Source: an uncultured bacterium
Lineage (GTDB): Bacteria > CAYUVA01
Assembly (NCBI GenBank): GCA_964448115.1
Contig: CAYUVA010000011.1
Location: 1 to 64,000, forward strand
Direction of reading: 5' to 3'
DNA: 64,000 nucleotides
Shown here: positions 21,047-29,301 of the stretch, piece by piece
Layout: each line of letters opens with the position of its first letter
Position numbering within the stretch: the first letter of the stretch is position 1
Translations under genes and position numbers: made by a program
The notes under the pieces: generated by a model
Seen by the model: only the letters and a program-made list of their open reading frames with translations
Told to the model about the DNA's origin: nothing
Database searches by the model: none

Positions 21047-22690
21047 ATGGCAATTTTAATTATACTAAAGGGCAGTCAAAAGGGACAGAGATTCAAGCTT
21101 ACCAAGGTGGTTAACCATATAGGTAGATCAATAAAAAACGATGTCTGTCTGCCAAATATCCCCAATATAAGCCGAAATCATTGCCTGATCAGAAAGACAG
21201 CCTATGGTTATGAGATCGAAGATCTAGGCAGTCGTAATGGTACTTATGTCAATGGATTTCCTGTGAAAAAAAGCCTGCTCAAGGATGGAGACGAGATCAC
21301 CATTGGCTCCGTGGTGCTTCTGTTCCGGGATAGCTCTGAGGAACAAGCTGAAATCCAGGCAGAGAGCTCACAAGAAGGTCCGACTACCCTTACCGAAGAT
21401 ATCGATACCGAGACGGTTGACAAGCTGATCAAGAACTATCGAGAGACCCAGGATGTCGATGTCTTCGAGGGAACTGTGGGGCACGACAGCATCAACGCCG
21501 CAGACCTCTCGGCAATAGAGCGCAATGCCAAGAAGCTCAAGCTTATATACGATGTCGGTAAGGAGCTAATCTCCATCAAACCGCTCAACGAGTTCCTCGA
21601 AATCGTAATGGATCAGGTCTTCGAGGTCGTGCAGCCGGAGCGCGGCTTCATAATGCTGCTCGATGATAAGACCGGCGAGCTGAAGCCGATGATTACAAGG
21701 CATGTTGGCGGTAAATTCAAGGAGGGCGAGCATCAGCTTCAGATGAGCCGCACCATTGCCCGCAAGGTGATCAGCGACAAGGTTGCTATCTTGACCATGA
21801 ACGCACAGCGCGATGATCGCTTCTCAGACGGTAAAAGTATCCAGATGATGGGGCTGCGCTCGGTCATGTGCGTTCCTTTGATCGTTAAAGAGAAGGTTCT
21901 AGGGCTTATCAATGTGGATACTCGGCTGGCTGATCGAGCATTCTCCTCGGATGAGCTGGCGCTTCTCCAGGCGCTTGCCAACTACGCAGCCATCGGCATA
22001 GAGCAGGCACGACTAAACGAAAAGATTAGACATGAGATAGAGGCGCGCAGCAGACTCCAGCGATACCACTCCCCTGCCGTGCTCGATCGCATACTAAAAC
22101 AGGACGAGACCACAGAGCCAGCTCAAACCAGAAGGATAACCGTCTTATTTGCCGATATAGTAGGCTTCACCTCCATGACCGAGAAGATGGAGAGCCGGCA
22201 GGTGGCTGAGATACTTAACGAGTACTACACGGAGATGACCGAGTGCATCTTCAAGTATCACGGTACTTTGGATAAGTTCATCGGCGACAGCGTCATGGCT
22301 TTATTCGGTGCGCCAATTGCCATCAAGAACAGCGAGGAAAGAGCGATAAAATGCGGACTGCTGATGCAAAACCGCCTTGAAAGGTTGAACAAGGAAAAGC
22401 CAGCGGATAGGCAACTTTTAATGCGAGTCGGGATAAACACTGGCAGCGCAGTGGTCGGAGACTTCGGCTCTCCCAAGCGTATGGAATACACCGCTTTAGG
22501 CAATACGGTAAATACAGCCCACCGCATCGAGCACACAATCGCACAGCCTGGAGATGTGGTGGTAGGCGAGGAGACTTACCTTGCCACAAAGAAACTTTTC
22601 GACTTCGAGAAGCTTGCCACCGTGGAGGTCAAGGGACTGACCGAGCCTATCAGCGTTTATCGGGTAATCAAGCCTAGAGCAAATATATGA
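21047..22690 (+). CDS. FHA-GAF-class III adenylate/guanylate cyclase
   Basis: FHA (IGRS..ISRNH..DLGSRNGTYVNG), GAF (SVMCVPL), cyclase (FADIVGFT, DKFIGD, GNTVNTAHR). Confidence 0.92.
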   Translation: MAILIILKGSQKGQRFKLTKVVNHIGRSIKNDVCLPNIPNISRNHCLIRKTAYGYEIEDLGSRNGTYVNGFPVKKSLLKDGDEITIGSVVLLFRDSSEEQAEIQAESSQEGPTTLTEDIDTETVDKLIKNYRETQDVDVFEGTVGHDSINAADLSAIERNAKKLKLIYDVGKELISIKPLNEFLEIVMDQVFEVVQPERGFIMLLDDKTGELKPMITRHVGGKFKEGEHQLQMSRTIARKVISDKVAILTMNAQRDDRFSDGKSIQMMGLRSVMCVPLIVKEKVLGLINVDTRLADRAFSSDELALLQALANYAAIGIEQARLNEKIRHEIEARSRLQRYHSPAVLDRILKQDETTEPAQTRRITVLFADIVGFTSMTEKMESRQVAEILNEYYTEMTECIFKYHGTLDKFIGDSVMALFGAPIAIKNSEERAIKCGLLMQNRLERLNKEKPADRQLLMRVGINTGSAVVGDFGSPKRMEYTALGNTVNTAHRIEHTIAQPGDVVVGEETYLATKKLFDFEKLATVEVKGLTEPISVYRVIKPRANI

Positions 22691-23073
22691 CCATTCCAAA
22701 GCGCATCATGAGGCTCATACGAAGCGAGCTTAATGCCCTGCTTTCAAGCAGAGATGACTGGGATTACAAGGATTGGTGGGATGAGCTGCTTAAGCACCAC
22801 GAGCCTTATGATCATCAGCAATCCCAGGAGGGCACAACCCGCGATGAGCAGCCACAGACAAAAGCAAAGCTAACCATCGAGGAGTGCTATTCGATCCTTG
22901 AGATCCCGGCTACAACTGACCTAAAGGTCATCAAGGAAGCCTATCTCAGGCGCATGGCTGAGTATCACCCGGACAAGGTCTCGCATCTAGGCAGGGAGCT
23001 TCAGGTATTCGCCGCCGAGAAGGTCAAGAGCATCAACCTCGCCTACCAAAAGCTCCTCAAGCATCTAAGCTGA
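22687..23073 (+). CDS. Small C-terminal J-domain protein (DjlA-like)
   Basis: CYSILEI...IKEAYLRRMAEYHPDKVSHLG...INLAY with intact HPD; ATGA overlap with the cyclase stop. Confidence 0.85.
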   Translation: MTIPKRIMRLIRSELNALLSSRDDWDYKDWWDELLKHHEPYDHQQSQEGTTRDEQPQTKAKLTIEECYSILEIPATTDLKVIKEAYLRRMAEYHPDKVSHLGRELQVFAAEKVKSINLAYQKLLKHLS

Positions 23074-23178
23074 GCTTTCCTTTATTCCTTAAGTACATGT
23101 AAGATCCTTTATCTATCGGGGGGATTAACTGGTTCAGCGCTGGACCAGTTGAATTACATTGCCAAGAATAGCCTTACA

Positions 23179-23194
23179 TGGTCTATGTGGAACA
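23179..23194. other. Degenerate second parS-like site
   Basis: TGGTCTATGTGGAACA, 14 of 16 identical to the site at 11891; intergenic. Confidence 0.4.
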
Positions 23195-23257
23195 ATTCCT
23201 TATTATTCTTGTCATAACAACCTTGAGAAAATACTAAAATTCAGGGGGTAAGAGCTG

Positions 23258-24247
23258 ATGCATCCCGATATCAGGGTATTGAACGAAAAGATCAAGGAAG
23301 AAAGCGCTTTTATAGATAGGATCTTCAATGAGTTTTCCAAGATCATAGTCGGTCAGAACTATATGTTGGAGCGTCTATTGATCGGCTTGCTGGCAGATGG
23401 TCATGTCCTTCTGGAAGGTGTGCCCGGGCTGGCAAAGACCCTTGCGGTCAAGACGCTTTCTGAAACAATAGATACTCGATTTCAGCGCATTCAATTCACC
23501 CCGGATCTCTTACCAGCCGACCTTATCGGCACAATGATTTATAACCAGAAGGATGGTGTATTCATTCCCAAGAAAGGACCTATCTTTGCCAATATCATCC
23601 TCGCAGACGAGATCAACCGGGCGCCGGCTAAGGTACAAAGCGCCCTGCTGGAAGCCATGCAGGAACGGCAGGTTACCATTGGTGAAACCACATATCCGCT
23701 CGATAAGCCATTTCTAGTCCTTGCCACCCAGAATCCCATAGAGCAGGAGGGCACCTATCCCCTACCCGAAGCTCAGGTTGATAGGTTCATGCTGAAACTC
23801 AAGGTAATCTATCCCAACAAGGATGAGGAAAGACAAATCCTGGATAGAATGACAGTTGGAAAGAGCTTTAGGGCTGAAAAGGTTGTGGATCCGGATGACA
23901 TTCTGAAAGCACGCCAGATGGTCAACCAGATTTATGTTGATGACAAAATCAAGGATTACATAGTCGATATCGTCTTTGCCACCAGGACAGCGAGGGATTA
24001 CGGCTTGGAGCGCCTGAGTAACCTTATAGAATGGGGCGCATCACCGAGAGCGACCATATACCTGACACTCGCGGCTAAGGCTCATGCATTCCTGCGCCAT
24101 AGAGGCTATGTTACACCGGAAGATGTCAAAGCAATCGGAATGGATGTGCTTAGGCATCGAGTCATCATCACCTACCAGGCAGAGGCTGAAGGGATGAACT
24201 CAGAGGATATAATCGCCGATATTTTCAATACAATCGAGGTACCCTAG
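23258..24247 (+). CDS. moxR: MoxR-family AAA+ ATPase
   Basis: LEGVPGLAKT, RIQFTPDLLPAD, LADEINRAPAKVQSALLEAMQE, ATQNPIEQEGTYPLPEAQVDRF. Confidence 0.95.
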   Translation: MHPDIRVLNEKIKEESAFIDRIFNEFSKIIVGQNYMLERLLIGLLADGHVLLEGVPGLAKTLAVKTLSETIDTRFQRIQFTPDLLPADLIGTMIYNQKDGVFIPKKGPIFANIILADEINRAPAKVQSALLEAMQERQVTIGETTYPLDKPFLVLATQNPIEQEGTYPLPEAQVDRFMLKLKVIYPNKDEERQILDRMTVGKSFRAEKVVDPDDILKARQMVNQIYVDDKIKDYIVDIVFATRTARDYGLERLSNLIEWGASPRATIYLTLAAKAHAFLRHRGYVTPEDVKAIGMDVLRHRVIITYQAEAEGMNSEDIIADIFNTIEVP

Positions 24248-24326
24248 AACCATGTTGTGGTAACTTGACAATCAGGTGGATTCGATCGAAAATAGTTACT
24301 GGAAAATATCTTTAGGGAGTTGAACG

Positions 24327-24875
24327 ATGAAGAGGACATACATTCTTTTATCCTGCCTGGTGGTTATCGCCTTTGCCGGCTTGATACTGAACTTTATGGG
24401 ATGCGAAAACAAGGACGATGTCAATACCTCTCCCCCGCAGTGGACTAATACGCCTACCAATACCCCGGTACCGAGCTACTCCCCCTCCCCGACTCCATCA
24501 CCCACCTATGGCGAGGAGATAGATATCGAAGGCGACTGGCTGGTGGAGCGAGATTACTTCGATATCTCCGATCCTTATGGCAACATCCAGGACTCCTTCA
24601 TGATGAATGTGGTTCCTGGCGAGTACGATCCCATGGGTATGGAGTTCGATTGGACCGGCGACAGCCCCACCTCTAGCGTTGATCGCGGCACTGGATATGT
24701 AGCCGGCATGGCTGGAACCCACATGGTGCAGTTTCAGACCGATCCTGGCGGAGACGGTGTCGAGACATATCAAGCGCCTGGTGTAGCTAGCGTAAACACT
24801 CGCTGGGATGGGCAGTTCAATAAGCAGGGGTATCCCCAGATGCTTGTAGGAAGTTTTGTTGCCACAAAGCAATAG
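24327..24875 (+). CDS. Hypothetical lipoprotein with Thr/Pro linker
   Basis: Lipobox-like FMG-C after a hydrophobic stretch; TNTPTNTPVPSYSPSPTPSPT. Confidence 0.7.
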   Translation: MKRTYILLSCLVVIAFAGLILNFMGCENKDDVNTSPPQWTNTPTNTPVPSYSPSPTPSPTYGEEIDIEGDWLVERDYFDISDPYGNIQDSFMMNVVPGEYDPMGMEFDWTGDSPTSSVDRGTGYVAGMAGTHMVQFQTDPGGDGVETYQAPGVASVNTRWDGQFNKQGYPQMLVGSFVATKQ

Positions 24876-24900
24876 GAAGAAGTGCTAGAGCGGAGAGAAC

Positions 24901-25656
24901 TTGCCCAGCCCATGTAATAAGGCGTTCATTGTAATAATTATCCTTTCGATACTGGCGAGCAGTAGCCTTATTACCGAAGCATCACTATCTGGAGATTATA
25001 TCTCCATGCCTCAGCTCGCTGCTTCCGATGATGTAGGTTATGGCGGCGGTTTAGGCTTTGGAATGGTTCCAGGGCCGGAGACATCGCCACTAGCGATGTA
25101 CATGATTATAATATTCATCTTGCTTGCATTGGTAATAACTGCGCTTCGCATGAGCAAACATTGGTTAATCATGAATGGAAGATTTATAAAGCTAATTCTT
25201 GCAGTCATGTTGATGGTCTTTGTGTTTGCTTCAATAAGTGAGATCTACAATGAATCCAGCAACGATCTTATCGTAGCACTGCGCAATATCGACAAGGATG
25301 GAGAATCGATGCGCAAAGATGCTTGTGGCGCACAGATATATGATTTTTACCAAAAATGCGGGCAGATAATACCACAAAATTCGATGATTAGGTTATATAC
25401 AAACTCTAATTTCTCGCGGTTTCAGTTGATCTATCTTTTAGCCCCCCGTATATCGCATACGCACCTCACCGATGAGATCAAGCCAGATTACATCGTTGCC
25501 TATAAAAGAGATGATGTTACAAAGCGGTTGACATTGACCGAGCAGAGGATCGATGACGATAATATTGCTGAATACGAATACTACCGGCGGTTCACCCCAG
25601 ATAGCTTCATAATGATAAGAAGTGATTTGAAAAACCTGCCGAAGTCTAATGATTAG
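24901..25656 (+). CDS. Hypothetical membrane protein
   Basis: 251-aa ORF with three hydrophobic segments, overlapping the next gene; start uncertain. Confidence 0.6.
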   Translation: MPSPCNKAFIVIIILSILASSSLITEASLSGDYISMPQLAASDDVGYGGGLGFGMVPGPETSPLAMYMIIIFILLALVITALRMSKHWLIMNGRFIKLILAVMLMVFVFASISEIYNESSNDLIVALRNIDKDGESMRKDACGAQIYDFYQKCGQIIPQNSMIRLYTNSNFSRFQLIYLLAPRISHTHLTDEIKPDYIVAYKRDDVTKRLTLTEQRIDDDNIAEYEYYRRFTPDSFIMIRSDLKNLPKSND

Positions 25657-27070
25657 CATTTTTCTAACATTACTTTATCTTTTATTTCTTGGCTATCCGT
25701 ATCTATTATTATTTTGCAAGGTTTTCAGGCTGAAAAAGGGATTTTGGGAGAGGTTATTTTTAGGATTTATATTCGGCACGCTAACTTTTTCGATACTAGC
25801 ATTTCTCTTATGTGCATCGATTATGCGCCTGGATAACTGGCTTCTTTTTGTAGTTTCATTGCCCTCTTTAGCTATATGGGTGTGGCATATAGCTAAAAAA
25901 GCCTTTAGAAATGGTGATAATAAGGGAAGCGAACCGGGGCTGCTCGATGAGAGTCCGCTTCATCCAAAAGAGATAACATCCCGTAAAATACTCAAGTACT
26001 TTATTATTATTTTGCTCTTAACTACCGTATTTTACTCTATTTTTATTTCTCGACACACCCCCTTAAGTCCCAATGATGAAATATCAATATGGGGCTACCG
26101 GGCGCGACTATTCTATCTAGGAGGGGATATTCCCAAGGAATATTTTACAACCCACAAGCACTTCAGACACGCTGATCACCCCTTGCATTTAAGCCTGCTT
26201 CATTCCCTGGTGCCGATGCTGATGGGTGCCTGGGACGAGACATCAATCAAGGTGATAAATCGACTTTATTATATCTTTTTAGGAGTTGGAATTTACGCCT
26301 TGTTTCGGCGAATGGTGCCTGGGTACCTGGCAGCGCTCTTTTCCCTTTTAGCTTGCTGGCTTCCAATGATATTTGTCTTTTCTTATGGCGCCATGTGCGA
26401 TGAGGTAGCTGCAACGCTGGAGCTGTTTATGTTTATTTATTTTGCACTTTGGCTAATGAACGATCGGAGCCATGATCTTTTCCTGTCCGGTATTTTTCTA
26501 ATGGGAGCGTACTGGACAAAACGGGATACGGTGATGGTCCTGGCTTGTATTATCATGGTGCTTGTATTGGAACTTTATCGTAGAAAGGAATCAATCATCC
26601 AAACGCTTCGCAAGATTACATTCTTTCTCTTTCCGCTTGTGCCGATATTCTTGATATGGGGCTATTTCAGCAGGAAATATAATCTTGTAGCTGTTGATAC
26701 AAAGATTTTTCCACTAGATTCAGCGCGATTGAGCGAGGTTTTCATTCGATTACCGGTAGTGATTGAATGGATGGCAAGGGAGCTATTTTTGACGCTTCAT
26801 TTTTCAACAATCTGGTTTACTTTGATTTTACTTTTGCTGATGATAGATCTTAGACAAGTAAAATGGCTGGTTCCTTTATTAGTTTATATATTTTTGCGGA
26901 TCATGCTTCTTACTCTCCCTTACCTGTTTGCCACCGTTGAGGTTGACCTGTTAATGAGCGGCAGCATTTTCAGGATAACTATGGGTGCATCGCTGGTGGC
27001 ATTAGCTACAGTATATCTTATCACCACTAGGTTGCTAGGATATGATAATGACTCAATCAAGTCCGAGTAA
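25649..27070 (+). CDS. Multi-pass GT-C (ArnT/PMT-like) glycosyltransferase-like protein
   Basis: About 12 TM segments; loop PNDEISIWGYRARLFY...HADHPL typical of GT-C first loops. Confidence 0.65.
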   Translation: MISIFLTLLYLLFLGYPYLLLFCKVFRLKKGFWERLFLGFIFGTLTFSILAFLLCASIMRLDNWLLFVVSLPSLAIWVWHIAKKAFRNGDNKGSEPGLLDESPLHPKEITSRKILKYFIIILLLTTVFYSIFISRHTPLSPNDEISIWGYRARLFYLGGDIPKEYFTTHKHFRHADHPLHLSLLHSLVPMLMGAWDETSIKVINRLYYIFLGVGIYALFRRMVPGYLAALFSLLACWLPMIFVFSYGAMCDEVAATLELFMFIYFALWLMNDRSHDLFLSGIFLMGAYWTKRDTVMVLACIIMVLVLELYRRKESIIQTLRKITFFLFPLVPIFLIWGYFSRKYNLVAVDTKIFPLDSARLSEVFIRLPVVIEWMARELFLTLHFSTIWFTLILLLLMIDLRQVKWLVPLLVYIFLRIMLLTLPYLFATVEVDLLMSGSIFRITMGASLVALATVYLITTRLLGYDNDSIKSE

Positions 27071-27173
27071 AGATGAACTTATCAGGCTCTCCGCGATAGC
27101 CCTTGCAAGGTTGATAAAACAAGGCAAGATATCATCTTTTATTGCTGCGAAAAAAGTTAACAAATCGGGTTGA
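27048..27173 (+). pseudogene. Amidase-signature family N-terminal remnant
   Basis: MTQSSPSKDELIRLSAIALARLIKQGKISS then diverges and stops at 41 aa; matches the amidase/GatA-type N-terminal helix pattern. Confidence 0.55.
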
Positions 27174-27243
27174 GATTATCGATAAATTAGATACAATCAA
27201 GATGTCTAATGATGATGATGATGAAACCAAAGGAGAAAATGGG

Positions 27244-28869
27244 ATGCAATGGAACCATAAGATTCTAGTGGATCTATTTCTGATGTTGATTGTTGCCATA
27301 GCTATCTCAGCCAATTTTCAAGGCTGTTCCAAAGATGATACAGACCTGTGGAGTCCGCACCAGCTACTTAAAAGGATTATTGAACATTATCCCAGGCAAG
27401 GCGGAAGCGAGCAATGCGAACAGGCTGCAACATATATCTGGGAAATGATGAGAGTGATCGGCTTGGATAATATTCGCTATGAGGAGTTTAATTTCCCCTA
27501 TTTTGAGGTAAGAAACTCCGTCTTCACCACAGATATTTATATCGATTTCAATTATTCGGTACTATCCTATTGCGGTTCTGGGGATATTGAGACAGAGCTA
27601 GTCTATGTCGGGACCGCTACTGATAATGAGCTTGAGAATATGGATATAAACGGGAAGATCGCGCTGGTCGATCGCCATCTGATGTTCCACCGCAGCGCAC
27701 AGTACAGAAATATAATCGAGCACGGCGGAGCTGGGATGGTTTATATAAGCTCTACTCCAAATAATGCGATCCAGGTAGGGTCGGTGCGCGATGGCTACGA
27801 GGGATATGATGATAACATTCCAGCTATATCCATCGGTGCACAGGATGGGCAGATGCTAAAGGAAGAACTTGCCGCCGGGAGCCTAAATGCCCATCTTCTT
27901 GTTGATGCGAGATTGACTAAAGCAAAATCATCCAATGTTATTGCACAGCTAACAGGGACAACATATCCTGATAAATACATGCTCTGGATAGCGCATTATG
28001 ATTCCTGGTTCGTGGGTGCTCTGGATAACGGCAGCGGGGTAGCCACCATGCTCAAGGCAGCGGAGAAATTGCATGACAGCAAGGCATACAAGTACACAAA
28101 TATCTTCATAGCCTCAAGCGGCGAGGAGACCGGCTTGTACGGAGCTTACCATTTTATCAAGACACACCCTGAGATCATTGATAACCTGGTATTGGCGGTC
28201 AGCTTCGATATGGTAGCCTACCAGCCGAATAACGATGAATCGGTATTGGCGGTGCCAAATAACGATGCCTTAAGGGATCTATTGGAGCAGCTCGTATTGG
28301 TTGAGCATTACAATCTGCTGGTCGAGCCACAGACCGTATGCGATTTCTATGGTGGAACCCTTGCCAATGACCTTCAGGGCTTCTTCTGGAGCAATAAAAT
28401 GGGGATAATGATGGCTGCCGGCTCGCCATATTATCATACAAAGCTCGATGTCTTCGAGACCATTGATCACGCATACTTCGACCAGGTGGCGAAGCTGTGG
28501 ATGGATTTCACCGTTGATGTACAAGATTTATCGCCAGAATCGTTGGTAGGCAACCAGGTGCATATCATAACCCTTGATTATCCTGCTGAGCTTCCAGTCG
28601 ATACGCCATTGGAGGGCACTGCCACAATTATCGATCCAGCGACCAACCAGCCGGTAACTGATGCCGAGGTCACTTGGGTTGTCTTTGAGAACGACTTCTG
28701 GCCTGTGCGAAGGGGGACTGCACAGCATCAAGGTGATGGTGTCTATAGCTTCCATATATGCAAAGACTTCATCGCAAATCCCGAACTTTCACATTACATA
28801 CAGGTGAGATCCAAGTCTGGGAATATCATCTCGGAGAGCTACGGGAGCTTTACAGTTATTCCGAAATGA
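27244..28869 (+). CDS. M28 metallopeptidase with PA domain, probable lipoprotein
   Basis: Likely start 27244 with lipobox FQG-C; PA domain (LVYVG..GKIALV); AHYDSW..GALDNGSG, SGEETGLYG, DMV, YYHT..D. Confidence 0.88.
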   Translation: MQWNHKILVDLFLMLIVAIAISANFQGCSKDDTDLWSPHQLLKRIIEHYPRQGGSEQCEQAATYIWEMMRVIGLDNIRYEEFNFPYFEVRNSVFTTDIYIDFNYSVLSYCGSGDIETELVYVGTATDNELENMDINGKIALVDRHLMFHRSAQYRNIIEHGGAGMVYISSTPNNAIQVGSVRDGYEGYDDNIPAISIGAQDGQMLKEELAAGSLNAHLLVDARLTKAKSSNVIAQLTGTTYPDKYMLWIAHYDSWFVGALDNGSGVATMLKAAEKLHDSKAYKYTNIFIASSGEETGLYGAYHFIKTHPEIIDNLVLAVSFDMVAYQPNNDESVLAVPNNDALRDLLEQLVLVEHYNLLVEPQTVCDFYGGTLANDLQGFFWSNKMGIMMAAGSPYYHTKLDVFETIDHAYFDQVAKLWMDFTVDVQDLSPESLVGNQVHIITLDYPAELPVDTPLEGTATIIDPATNQPVTDAEVTWVVFENDFWPVRRGTAQHQGDGVYSFHICKDFIANPELSHYIQVRSKSGNIISESYGSFTVIPK

Positions 28870-29301
28870 TATTTAGCGCTTCAGCATAGTTATACCGGGT
28901 TATTACCGTGTTTTGGGTTCTTTCTTTGTGGGCGCTGGGTGGTGCTTCTTCGCCTGTTTTTCACACACGAATAAATTTGGGTTTTCTCTTTGTTTGTGGT
29001 TTCACCCCCCTGTGCTCTCCTCCCGAAAACGGTGGGGCTTGGGTACCCGCTCAATAATATTCGAATAATCATAGCGATATGCTTGCAGGTTAAATAAGTT
29101 AAGTGTCGAGTACTGCTATAAAATCATTTAAGCAAGAAAAATAAAAGATGCCGATTGCCAGCCAACTCTCCTTATTTAAAAATTACTGTTATAATAATAG
29201 CGTAGATTAAAATTTGAGTTGGATGAAGGTATTTTATTGTCAGGAAGTTTATGCTATAATATAGAACAACCGGTTAACTAATTGACAAGGAGCGTATTAA
29301 G

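Noticed and set aside
27171-27173. TGA ending the amidase stub as possible selenocysteine or readthrough
   Set aside because: Similarity is lost before the TGA and an in-frame TAA follows within four codons.
28890-29050. T/G-rich, homopolymer-rich spacer that might be an ncRNA
   Set aside because: No convincing structure or motif; may be decayed or low-quality sequence.
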